IMG/VR virus record: IMGVR_UViG_3300008120_007613
Origin: an uncultured virus (IMG/VR IMGVR_UViG_3300008120_007613)
Taxonomy: Duplodnaviria; Heunggongvirae; Uroviricota; Caudoviricetes
Length of the DNA: 64,000 bases
Direction: 5' to 3' (one strand)
Part shown: piece after piece, positions 42,062-51,027 of the stretch
How the letters are laid out: the number at the start of each line of letters is the position of its first letter
How positions within the stretch are numbered: position 1 is the first letter of the stretch
Position numbers and translations under genes: made by a program
Notes under the pieces: generated by a model
Database searches by the model: none
What the model saw: only the letters and a program-made list of their open reading frames with translations
What the model was told of the DNA's origin: nothing

Positions 42062-42723
42062 AAAAAATAATATTTTGTTTACCTGGTAGAGAATTCAGCG
42101 GACGATTCTTACAATGTTGGACTGAATTGGTATATGCTTGTTTATCAAACGGCATACAACCAATAATGTCCCAACATTATTCTCCCTTACTATATTACGT
42201 TCGTAATATGTGTTTAGGAGGAGATTCAGTAGCAGGTATAGATCAAAAACCATTTCAAGGTAAAGCCGATTATGATTACATAATGTGGATTGACTCTGAT
42301 ATGGTATTCACACCAGATCAATTCTTTAGGTTAATTGATGCAGATAAAGATATAGTTAGTGGATTATATAAAATGCAAAATAATATTCACTATGCTACAG
42401 TAGAGAAATGGGAAGATGAATTCTATCTTAAAAACGGTAGCTACGAATTTCTAACTGCTGATATGGTAGCTAAAAAGAAAGGATTATTCCCTGTAGCCTA
42501 TACTGGATTTGGATGGATATTAATGAAGAAAGGTGTATTTGAATCACTTGAATATCCTTGGTTCCAACCAACATGGAAAGAATGGGAATATAAGGGAAAA
42601 CAAGTTAGGGAATTTATGATGGAGGACGTATCGTTCTGTAATCTAATCCAACAAAAAGGATATCAAATATGGATTGATCCTAAAGTAGTAGTTGGTCACG
42701 AAAAAATGATGGTATTAATATGA
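42058..42723 (+). CDS. GT-A fold glycosyltransferase-like protein
   Basis: 'RN', 'MWIDSD' DxD motif, 'GFGWILMK..VFE', 'EDVSFC', 'VGHEK'. Confidence 0.75.
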   Translation: MKKIIFCLPGREFSGRFLQCWTELVYACLSNGIQPIMSQHYSPLLYYVRNMCLGGDSVAGIDQKPFQGKADYDYIMWIDSDMVFTPDQFFRLIDADKDIVSGLYKMQNNIHYATVEKWEDEFYLKNGSYEFLTADMVAKKKGLFPVAYTGFGWILMKKGVFESLEYPWFQPTWKEWEYKGKQVREFMMEDVSFCNLIQQKGYQIWIDPKVVVGHEKMMVLI

Positions 42724-43424
42724 AAGTATTCGTTCCCTTAATATGTTACAATCACACTTGTAACACTGAATATATGATGTCTATTTTAAAGTTGCTTAAT
42801 GCAGCTAAAGATAATAAATTAAATATATCATTCTATCCAATATTTTTTGAAAGTCTAGTATCAAGAGCTAGAAATGCAGCTGTAGCTCATTTCCTTGAGG
42901 ATAAAGAAAATACTCATATATTATTCATTGATTCAGATATCATATTTGAGCCTGAAGATGTATTTAAACTATTACAATCAGGTAAAGAGGTAGTAGCAGG
43001 AATATATCCTAAAAAATATATTGTATGGGATAGATTAAAAAAATATCCTGAGGCTGAGCGAGTTGATTTTCCAGTTGGTGGAAGTGTTAAAATGACAGAG
43101 GATAATTTCCTTGAAATGGATTATCTACCAACAGGCTTTCTATTAATAAGCAGAACAGCAATCAATAAGATTATTAAAGCATACCCAGAGCTAAAATATA
43201 AAAACGATATTGATGGTTATATGAGCGCTGGAGATAATTTCTATGACCTGTTTAAAGTAGGTATTCGCAACGGAATATATGAAAGTGAGGATTGGGGATT
43301 CTGCTCACTGTGGAAATCAGTAGGTGGACAAGTACTAATTCATCCTGAGATAAATGTTAAACATTTGGGGTGGCATGAATATGAAGGTAATTTATTAAAG
43401 TATATTATAGGAATGGGTAAATAA
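42720..43424 (+). CDS. GT-A fold glycosyltransferase-like protein
   Basis: 'ESLVSRARN', 'LFIDSDI', 'YPKK', 'TGFLLI', 'SEDWGFC', 'H.G'. Confidence 0.75.
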   Translation: MKVFVPLICYNHTCNTEYMMSILKLLNAAKDNKLNISFYPIFFESLVSRARNAAVAHFLEDKENTHILFIDSDIIFEPEDVFKLLQSGKEVVAGIYPKKYIVWDRLKKYPEAERVDFPVGGSVKMTEDNFLEMDYLPTGFLLISRTAINKIIKAYPELKYKNDIDGYMSAGDNFYDLFKVGIRNGIYESEDWGFCSLWKSVGGQVLIHPEINVKHLGWHEYEGNLLKYIIGMGK

Positions 43425-43430
43425 ATAATT

Positions 43431-43958
43431 ATGTTAAACGCAAAACAAATCTTAGACGAAGGACTATTACGCCTTGAACACACCAAAGGTAAACCAGCAC
43501 AAGTTGGATACGATCTTACTTTAAAATCAATCAACAAAGTAGGATACAGAATTGGGGCAAACATGTATGGAGGTGGTAATATTGGTAAAGTATTAAAGGA
43601 TAAAACTATATTAACAACATACACTCCACTTGATAAAATTCAATTAGATGGAGTTACTGGTTGGCTTTTACACCCAAACACATATGACATTACGTTTTGG
43701 GAAGGATGTAAAATCCCAGAAAACCGTGTAGCATTTATTAAACAACGTTCATCATTGTGGCGCAACGGTACATTGATCAATAGCCCTGTATTTGATCCTG
43801 GATTCGAAACCGAATTTATGGGTACAATTATGTTGGTTACTGAACCATTGTTTATTGAAGAGGATGCACGTGTAGCACAGATTTACTTCCATGAATGTGA
43901 TGCTGCTGAAAAGTATGATGGGCAATGGCAAAACGATAAGCAGAGAGCATCGCTCTGA
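43431..43958 (+). CDS. dCTP deaminase/dUTPase family protein
   Basis: 'GYDLTL', 'RSSLWRNG', 'DPGF', 'RVAQI', 'YDGQWQ'. Confidence 0.85.
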   Translation: MLNAKQILDEGLLRLEHTKGKPAQVGYDLTLKSINKVGYRIGANMYGGGNIGKVLKDKTILTTYTPLDKIQLDGVTGWLLHPNTYDITFWEGCKIPENRVAFIKQRSSLWRNGTLINSPVFDPGFETEFMGTIMLVTEPLFIEEDARVAQIYFHECDAAEKYDGQWQNDKQRASL

Positions 43959-43965
43959 TATTTAT
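43958..43965 (+). promoter_or_regulatory. Putative late-promoter motif ATATTTAT
   Basis: Ends 4 nt before the ATG of an isolated virion-like gene. Confidence 0.5.
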
Positions 43966-43969
43966 ATGC

Positions 43970-44668
43970 ATGCCATTAACATTATCTAATATAGGAGGAG
44001 CTGGTAACTTTACATTAGTTAATAATAGTAATAGTGGTAGAATAATACTGTCTGTAACAGCATCTGCTGCTCCTGCAACAGATCAATTAAGAGCACAATT
44101 ATCAACTAGTCTAACAGCATATAATGCTGCAACAGTAAATGATTGGGTAAAAATAACATCTACAGAATATAATAATATATTTAATAATATAGCAGGTGCT
44201 ACTAAACGTGGTAATACAGATGTTCAGGTAGCTACAAGAGCAGTATCAGCTGGATTTACTGAAATGCAATTTGCAATTAATAATAATCCAAATACAGCAC
44301 TTACTATTAGTGTTGGAGAATATCCAATTGCGTTTGTAGCTGAAACTTGGAACACAACACAAACAGTACAATTTGGATATGATACTGATTACCATACAGG
44401 AGCTCCTACATATGGCAATAGTGTTACTGTAACACCAGTTGGAGCATGTTACTATGTTAGAAAAGCACCTACTGGAGTTGAATCTGCTCCTGCTACTCAA
44501 ACATTATATCCTTCATTAAAATTAAATGGAGGTTCATTTAACTTAGTACCTAATACTAGTGGATGGTACACAACAAACGGTGGAACAACTTGGACATCGT
44601 ACCAAGGAAATGTCAATAACGGTGCTGCTAAATTCCAAATGATAGTTACAACTACTAAGTCTTGGTAA
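43970..44668 (+). CDS. Putative virion/decoration protein
   Basis: Thr/Asn/Gly-rich with low charge, similar in composition to the fibre proteins. Confidence 0.5.
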   Translation: MPLTLSNIGGAGNFTLVNNSNSGRIILSVTASAAPATDQLRAQLSTSLTAYNAATVNDWVKITSTEYNNIFNNIAGATKRGNTDVQVATRAVSAGFTEMQFAINNNPNTALTISVGEYPIAFVAETWNTTQTVQFGYDTDYHTGAPTYGNSVTVTPVGACYYVRKAPTGVESAPATQTLYPSLKLNGGSFNLVPNTSGWYTTNGGTTWTSYQGNVNNGAAKFQMIVTTTKSW

Positions 44669-44692
44669 TGTCAAGATAAATTAGTATATTTA
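44662..44692 (+). promoter_or_regulatory. Bacteroidota-type promoter (TTGG-N19-TATATTTA)
   Basis: Ends 6 nt before the polB ATG. Confidence 0.7.
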
Positions 44693-44698
44693 AGGGTT

Positions 44699-47272
44699 AT
44701 GTATCAAGCAATCTACTACGATAGAACTACTTACACTTATCATCTACGTGATGATGAAAAAGGCTGGTTGGACTTTAAGTACACACCAGAGCTATATCAG
44801 ATAACACCTAATGGTCCTCTAAAGACATTAGATGATAAACGAGCTACCCCTACTGAAAAATACAGTTGGAAAGATACCTCACTATATGAGCAAGATGTAG
44901 ATAAATGTACTCGTGTACTAATTGATCTATACAAAGACAGTGATGATACCCCTAAACAACAAAACATAGTATACTTCGATATTGAGTGTGAAATTGGTGG
45001 TACATTAACTACAGAATATATTAAAACAGCTCCTATGAAGATGACTTCAGTAGCTGTATACGATAATACAACTCAAAAGTACTATTGTTTAATTCTAGAT
45101 GAGAAAAAACAACTGAGCTATATAAATGAAAATGATAGGGAAATTAGACCGTTTGATACTGAAGCAGAGATGCTTATTGATTTCCTTAATCTATGGGAAC
45201 AACTAGATCCAACTATCATTACAGGATGGAATAGTGGATTCTTTGATGTACCTTACATGTATTATAGAATGTGTAATGTATTAGGTAGAGATGAAGCAGC
45301 TCGATTATCTCCACTCCGTAAATTAAACTTTACTGAATGGGATACAGCTCAACCAATTGAGCTAGCAGGTATTAATCATCTTGATTACATGTTACTATTT
45401 AAAAAGTTCATTGTAAAACAAGAACCATCTTACAAATTAGATGACATAGGAGAAAAATACGTTAAACTAAATAAGATAGAGTACGAAGGATCACTTGATA
45501 AACTATTTCAAACTGATATAAATAAGTTCATTCAATATAACTTACGAGACGTAGAAATTATACTTGAGCTAGAAAAGAAACTTAAATTCATTGATCTAAC
45601 AGTTGCTATCTGTCATCTATGTCATGTACCATATGAACAAATCTATCTATCAACTGTATTAAATGATGGAGCTATATTGACATATCTAAAACGTCAAGAT
45701 ATAGTTTCACCTAATAAACCAACTACCATTAATCCATCACTTAAAGAGGCTAATGGTGATGAATATGCTGGTGGATATCTAAAGGAACCAACACCAGGAT
45801 TATATCAATGGGTTATTGACCTTGACTTTACATCTCTATATCCTTCAATCATTCGCTCACTCAATATTGGTATTGAAACACTAGTTGGTAGAATAGTTAA
45901 TAGTGGTAAATATGATAATCAATGGACCTATGCTGAGTTAAAGCAAATGGATCCTGAAGATACAGTTGTAATTGAAAAACTAAATCCAAACTACACCACC
46001 TCCAGAACACAAGTATCAGTAGGTAAAATGATTCAACTTATTGAAGATAATAATTGGATTACCTCAGCATCAGGAGCAATATTTAGATCCGATAAATCAT
46101 CTGTAGTATGTGATGTATTAACAGACTGGTTTAATAAGCGTGTTGAATATAAAAACAAAATGAAGAAAGCTTATAAATCAGGAGATGCAGCTATGGGTGA
46201 ATTCTATAACAGGCGACAACATGCTTATAAAATTAAACTAAATGACGTTTACGGTTGTTACGCCATTAATGGCTGGCGTTATACAGATGGGCACAAGATC
46301 ATTTCATCTGCAATTACACTTACTGGGCAGAGAGTCACTCAAGAATCTATTGGGTTCGTAAACAAATGGATGAATAATAAACTAGGTACTACTGATAAGG
46401 ATTACGTTGTAACCTCAGATACTGACTCATTATTCATTCAAGTTAAGGATCTATTAACTGCTGATTTAAATGATAAAGCAGCTACAATTAAAAACATATT
46501 AGAGATTGCTACTGAGGTTCAAAAAGCAGCAAACGAATTTATTGGTAAATTTGCTTTAGAGGCATTTAATCTAAATGATAGACCTCACTACTTCGAATTA
46601 AAGCAAGAGGTAGTTATTGAAAGGGGTTACTTTGCAGGTAAACGTCGTTATGCAATGCTTGTAGTAAATAAAGAAGGCGTTGATACTGAAGAGATGATTA
46701 TGATGGGATTAGATTTGATGAAATCAAATATGCCACCTCTATACAAGAAATTCGGTCAAAATCTGCTTACTGAGATCATGCGCGGTAAACCTAAAGCCGA
46801 AATTGATAAACAGATAGTGGATTTTAAAGTATCGCTAGATAAATTACCTTGGGAAGATATTGCTAAACCAACTGGCGTTAAGCAAATCAACTCATATATT
46901 GCTAAACGACCAGCACCAGGTGAAATATTTAGTGAATTTAAATTAAAAGCCCCCATCAATACTAAGGCTGCTGTATATTATAATGATTTACTTAAATTTA
47001 AAAAATTAGACAAAAAGTACTCAAGATTTGTAGAAGGTGATAAAATGAAATATGTATCACTGAGACCTAATCCTTTTAACATTGATGTTTTAGGATTTAG
47101 GGGCAATGGTGATGATCCCGAATTTATCACTGAATTTATAGACAAGTACGTAGATCGTGAAGAAGCGTTTAATTCAGTACTGTTAAATAAATTAACAGGC
47201 GTGTTTGAAGATTTGAAGTGGGATTTTCCAGTTTTGAACTCAAAAATTAACAAATTCTTCAAATTTATGTAG
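44699..47272 (+). CDS. polB: Family B DNA polymerase with 3'-5' exonuclease
   Basis: ExoI 'FDIE', 'GWN..FD', 'YNLRDV'. Polymerase motifs 'DFTSLYPSII', 'KIKLNDVYG', 'SDTDS', 'KRRY'. Confidence 0.96.
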   Translation: MYQAIYYDRTTYTYHLRDDEKGWLDFKYTPELYQITPNGPLKTLDDKRATPTEKYSWKDTSLYEQDVDKCTRVLIDLYKDSDDTPKQQNIVYFDIECEIGGTLTTEYIKTAPMKMTSVAVYDNTTQKYYCLILDEKKQLSYINENDREIRPFDTEAEMLIDFLNLWEQLDPTIITGWNSGFFDVPYMYYRMCNVLGRDEAARLSPLRKLNFTEWDTAQPIELAGINHLDYMLLFKKFIVKQEPSYKLDDIGEKYVKLNKIEYEGSLDKLFQTDINKFIQYNLRDVEIILELEKKLKFIDLTVAICHLCHVPYEQIYLSTVLNDGAILTYLKRQDIVSPNKPTTINPSLKEANGDEYAGGYLKEPTPGLYQWVIDLDFTSLYPSIIRSLNIGIETLVGRIVNSGKYDNQWTYAELKQMDPEDTVVIEKLNPNYTTSRTQVSVGKMIQLIEDNNWITSASGAIFRSDKSSVVCDVLTDWFNKRVEYKNKMKKAYKSGDAAMGEFYNRRQHAYKIKLNDVYGCYAINGWRYTDGHKIISSAITLTGQRVTQESIGFVNKWMNNKLGTTDKDYVVTSDTDSLFIQVKDLLTADLNDKAATIKNILEIATEVQKAANEFIGKFALEAFNLNDRPHYFELKQEVVIERGYFAGKRRYAMLVVNKEGVDTEEMIMMGLDLMKSNMPPLYKKFGQNLLTEIMRGKPKAEIDKQIVDFKVSLDKLPWEDIAKPTGVKQINSYIAKRPAPGEIFSEFKLKAPINTKAAVYYNDLLKFKKLDKKYSRFVEGDKMKYVSLRPNPFNIDVLGFRGNGDDPEFITEFIDKYVDREEAFNSVLLNKLTGVFEDLKWDFPVLNSKINKFFKFM

Positions 47273-47274
47273 CG

Positions 47275-47508
47275 ATGATCAGAATTAACCAAAGTCACCA
47301 TCAAATTAGAATAGACACAACAATCAAAATAATTGAAAAAGATGGTACTGAGGTTGTAGCACCTGTAGTAGTAATAGTTTACTTGGATAAAGTAAAAGAA
47401 AAACATCAATACAACGTATATAAAATAGCAAATAGTTTATTTAATAAAACATTTACACTAAACAGACAACCACCCCCAGTTAAAAAGGCATGGTGGAAAG
47501 TGTGGTAA
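47275..47508 (+). CDS. Hypothetical protein
   Basis: 77-aa ORF ending 'KKAWWKVW'. Confidence 0.55.
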   Translation: MIRINQSHHQIRIDTTIKIIEKDGTEVVAPVVVIVYLDKVKEKHQYNVYKIANSLFNKTFTLNRQPPPVKKAWWKVW

Positions 47509-47532
47509 GGCATATTAAAGGTTATATATTCA
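47502..47532 (+). promoter_or_regulatory. Bacteroidota-type promoter (GTGG-N19-TATATTCA)
   Basis: Ends 4 nt before the ATG at 47537. Confidence 0.55.
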
Positions 47533-47536
47533 TCTG

Positions 47537-47875
47537 ATGCAATTATTAAAAGGTTTCATATTCGGTTTAATAGCCCAAATATTTACATTCTTCCAACTAC
47601 AAGGACAAATTAAATATGAATGGTTTAAAAACCATCCAATAGCAGTAGCGTTTATGGGAGTACCTATATCGTTATTATTTATGTACTCTGTTCGTAATTT
47701 CGTAGCGGCATATGATGGTCAAATATGGCCATCACGATTAATTGGGTTTGGAATAGGTGTAATTGTATTTACTATTATGTCTCATTATTTATTTAAAGAA
47801 CCAATATCTCTTAAAACATTTACTTGTTTAGGCTTAGGAGTATTAATAATATTAATTCAAATATTCTGGAAATGA
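47537..47875 (+). CDS. Four-TM small membrane protein (SMR/EamA-like)
   Basis: Four hydrophobic helices, 'LFKEPISLK'. Confidence 0.6.
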   Translation: MQLLKGFIFGLIAQIFTFFQLQGQIKYEWFKNHPIAVAFMGVPISLLFMYSVRNFVAAYDGQIWPSRLIGFGIGVIVFTIMSHYLFKEPISLKTFTCLGLGVLIILIQIFWK

Positions 47876-48495
47876 AAAAATTATATTTAGAAGACGTTAT
47901 TGAAAAGTATTATCTGAATGGATTAGTTGAGCGTGTTAAGATTGAAGTAGTAGATAAAACACTAACAACCAAATTCATCTCAAGTCAAAAAAATCTAGTG
48001 GGTGTATTGTATGCCCCTAATATTGAATTAGCTGATTGCGAATTTGGTATTTACGATACTACACAATTATTAAAACTAATTGGTATTACTGACCACTTCC
48101 TTACACTAGAGGTACAAGTACAAGGTAAAGTAGCAAATAAACTACTAATTGCTGACAACGAATATAATCTAGAATATGCATTAGCTGATACTATGTTAAC
48201 ACCATCAGTACCTAGTATTGATGAACCTGAATATCAGATGGTAGCTAGTGTTGATACTGACTTCGTAGCTAAATTCCTTAAAGCAAGCAAAGCACTAGGA
48301 ACAGATGTGTTCACTGCTGAACAATCACGAGACACTGATGATAAACCTGCTATCAAATTTACATTAGGTGGTACAGAGGGACACACAAATAAAATTAACT
48401 TCACATTACAAACCACAGTATCTACTGTTCCAGGTAAAACAATTACATTCCCTATTGTAGAGTTCAGTAGGCCTCAGTTACGAATTATTAATTAA
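47872..48495 (+). CDS. Sliding clamp (T4 gp45-like), probably C-terminally truncated near 48465
   Basis: 'FGIYDTTQLLKLI' resembles gp45 clamps. Located between polB and the clamp loader. The terminal 'SRPQLRIIN' reads like intergenic sequence. Confidence 0.65.
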   Translation: MKKLYLEDVIEKYYLNGLVERVKIEVVDKTLTTKFISSQKNLVGVLYAPNIELADCEFGIYDTTQLLKLIGITDHFLTLEVQVQGKVANKLLIADNEYNLEYALADTMLTPSVPSIDEPEYQMVASVDTDFVAKFLKASKALGTDVFTAEQSRDTDDKPAIKFTLGGTEGHTNKINFTLQTTVSTVPGKTITFPIVEFSRPQLRIIN

Positions 48496-48534
48496 CCGCC
48501 ACCTTAGGGGGCATAAAAACACAGGAGGTTTAAA

Positions 48535-48954
48535 ATGACACAACTTAGACCATGGGGAATTATGGATGATCCCTTCGATATTATTTGGAAAAATTTTCTA
48601 GATAATTCATCCAACTTTACAACAGTTATAAACTCAAAAATCAACTATCCAGTTGATATTTACGAAGTAGAAAACAAATTACGTTTTGAATTAGCCGTAG
48701 TAGGTCTTGATAAAGATGATTTGGAAATTATAGTAGACGGCGATACACTTAGAATTAAACATGATAAACAGGCAGATGAAGTAGAGCGCCCTTACATTCA
48801 AAAAGGCATTGCTCGTCGTTCATTTGATTTTGCTTGGAAAGTAGCAGCTAAATTTGATTTAAGCAAATTAGTAGCTACAATGGATAAAGGCTTATTAATC
48901 ATTGATATTCCTATTTCCGAGGAAAAATTACCTAAAAAAGTAAAAATTAAATAA
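48535..48954 (+). CDS. Small heat-shock protein (Hsp20)
   Basis: 'YPVDIYE', 'LAVVG', 'KGIARRSF', 'GLLIIDIP'. Confidence 0.93.
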   Translation: MTQLRPWGIMDDPFDIIWKNFLDNSSNFTTVINSKINYPVDIYEVENKLRFELAVVGLDKDDLEIIVDGDTLRIKHDKQADEVERPYIQKGIARRSFDFAWKVAAKFDLSKLVATMDKGLLIIDIPISEEKLPKKVKIK

Positions 48955-48956
48955 GT

Positions 48957-48987
48957 TTTGAAAATTAAAAGGCCTGTCGTACTTTAA
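48957..48987 (+). promoter_or_regulatory. Bacteroidota-type promoter (TTTG-N19-TACTTTAA)
   Basis: Ends 5 nt before the ATG at 48993. Heads the groES/groEL unit. Confidence 0.6.
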
Positions 48988-48992
48988 TTGTT

Positions 48993-49241
48993 ATGAAAAC
49001 AACAGTATATCAAGGTGAAGCTGCTTGGGGCAGATTAGCTTATCTCAAATTAGTAGACGATAAGGTAATATTTGACTGCTCAAATGAAGAGTATGGTCCA
49101 ATTGAGTTTGATCTTGAAATATTAGTTGAGGCACTAAGTAAACATTATTATGCTAAGCCGTTGATTACACAAGATGAATATAATAGACGTAGAGATCAAA
49201 TGGCTAAAGAATACGAATTAAAAAATAAATTAGAAAAATGA
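48993..49241 (+). CDS. Hypothetical protein
   Basis: 82-aa ORF. Confidence 0.55.
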   Translation: MKTTVYQGEAAWGRLAYLKLVDDKVIFDCSNEEYGPIEFDLEILVEALSKHYYAKPLITQDEYNRRRDQMAKEYELKNKLEK

Positions 49242-49528
49242 AAATAAAACCGCTACACAATCACGTTGTGATTAAACAACAAGATGAAACTGAAACAATG
49301 TATGGAAACATCATTGTACCTGATGCAGGTAAAGAAAAACCACTAATGGGTGAGGTGATTGCCTCTGGGCCTGGATTAATAACAATTAATGGAACCTTGG
49401 TTCCAAATGAAGTGCCTGTTGGGGCAACAGTAGTCTTCCCTGCATTTGGTGGGCAACGCATCACAATTAAGGGTGATGAATACATTGTAATGAAGGAACA
49501 AGATTTATTAGCAATAATTGAAGAATAA
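49238..49528 (+). CDS. groES: Co-chaperonin GroES
   Basis: 'IKPLHNHVVI', 'GNIIVPDAGKEKP..GEVIASGPG', 'EQDLLAII'. Confidence 0.95.
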   Translation: MKIKPLHNHVVIKQQDETETMYGNIIVPDAGKEKPLMGEVIASGPGLITINGTLVPNEVPVGATVVFPAFGGQRITIKGDEYIVMKEQDLLAIIEE

Positions 49529-49529
49529 T

Positions 49530-51018
49530 ATGAGTAAAATAATTAAATTTGATAGAGAAGCTAAAGAAAAGCTTCAAGCCGGTATTGACAAAGTCAACAA
49601 GGCAGTTTCAGTAACTATGGGTCCCTTCAGCTCAAAAAACAGTAGATGCTGCTGGTGATGGTACTACTACATCAACTGTTCTTGCACACGCAATAGCATC
49701 ACAAGCACTACAAGCTACAGCTTATGCTTCTACAAACGCTACTCAAGTAAAAAAGGGTATTGAAGAGGCAGTTAAAGCAGTAGTAGAAGAGCTAAAAGCA
49801 ATGTCTACACCTATTACTGATGAAAAGCAAATTAAACAAATTGCTACTCTATCAGCTAATGGAGATGAAGAGATTGGTAATCTAGTAGCTACCGCTATTG
49901 ATAAAGTAGGAAGAGATGGAGTCGTTACAGTAGAGGAATCACGTACTGGAGAAACATCACTTGAAGTAGTTGAAGGTCTACAGTTTGATCGTGGTTATAA
50001 GTCACCTTACATGGTAACCGATAACAACACAATGACAGCAGTATTAAATGATCCTCTACTATTGATTGTAGATGGTCGAATTACAGCTGTAAAGGATCTA
50101 TTACCTATTTTAGAATCAGTATCTCAGCAGAATAAATCCTTATTCATTGTAGCTGAAGACATTGATGGTGAGGCATTAGCTACCCTGATTGTAAATAAAA
50201 TGAGAGGTATCTTAAAAGTAGCTGCTGTTAAAGCACCTGACTTTGGAGAGCGCCGTACATTAATTTTAGAGGATATCGCTGTATTAACAGGTGGTACTGT
50301 AGTATCACAACAAAAAGGTATGCGCTTAGATAAATTCAATAAGGATTGGTTTGGACAAGCACGTACTATTACAGTAGGTAAAGAAACAACTACTGTCGTT
50401 GATGGTAAAGGTGATGTAGATAAGATTGAGGCACGTATTACAGAGTTAAAATCTCAAATCGATGTTTCAACCTCACCATACGAGATTGAAAAACTACAAG
50501 AACGTCTATCTAAAATGATTGGTGGTGTAGCTATCATTAACGTAGGTGGTGGTACTGAAATTGAAATGAGAGAAAAGAAAGATCGTTTAGACGATGCTTT
50601 ACAAGCTACTAAAGCTGCACTTGATGAAGGTATACTACCAGGTGCTGGTGTAGCATTATTACATGCTAGTAGAAAAATTGATGTAACAGGTAGTGATGAT
50701 AAAGCTAAAGGAGCATTGATCGTGTTTAAAGCCTGCGGTAAACCATTCAAACAAATACTTGAAAACGCTGGTGAAGAAACAAATAACTGGTTAATGCAAA
50801 TTAGCAAAACCACTAATATGGTACCTGATATCTCTAAAGGACAAATAGTAGATGCTAATAATTCAGGTATTATTGATCCAACTAAAGTAGTACGCTCAGC
50901 ACTTGAAAACGCTGCTGCAGCTGCTGTTACGTTGCTCATGACTGAATGTGTCATCCATGAAAAACCAACTGATAAAAAGAAATCAGATGACTTTGGGATG
51001 GCAGATTTAGGAATGTAA
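49530..51018 (+). pseudogene. groEL: Chaperonin GroEL, split by an apparent deletion and frameshift near 49628
   Basis: MSKIIKF...VTMGPF in one frame, then 'AQKTVDAAGDGTTTS...' in another. The GRNV...TKDGVTVA block is missing. The rest is canonical ('EGLQFDRGY', 'KLQERL', 'GIIDPTKVVR'). Confidence 0.9.
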
Positions 51019-51023
51019 ATTTA
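50993..51023 (+). promoter_or_regulatory. Bacteroidota-type promoter (TTGG-N19-TAAATTTA), near-leaderless
   Basis: Ends 4 nt before the clamp loader ATG. The GTAAATTTAAGTTATG context is identical to that of dnaB. Confidence 0.65.
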
Positions 51024-51027
51024 AGTT

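Noticed and set aside
48466..48978. AGGCCT sites flanking hsp20 as mobile-element ends or long-range pairing
   Set aside because: Only a 6-bp palindrome, and the left copy abuts a suspected assembly junction. Too weak to support.
41420..49800. Programmed frameshifting or introns as the explanation for split folE and groEL
   Set aside because: Conserved coding blocks are missing rather than interrupted by extra sequence, so recoding or splicing cannot restore them.
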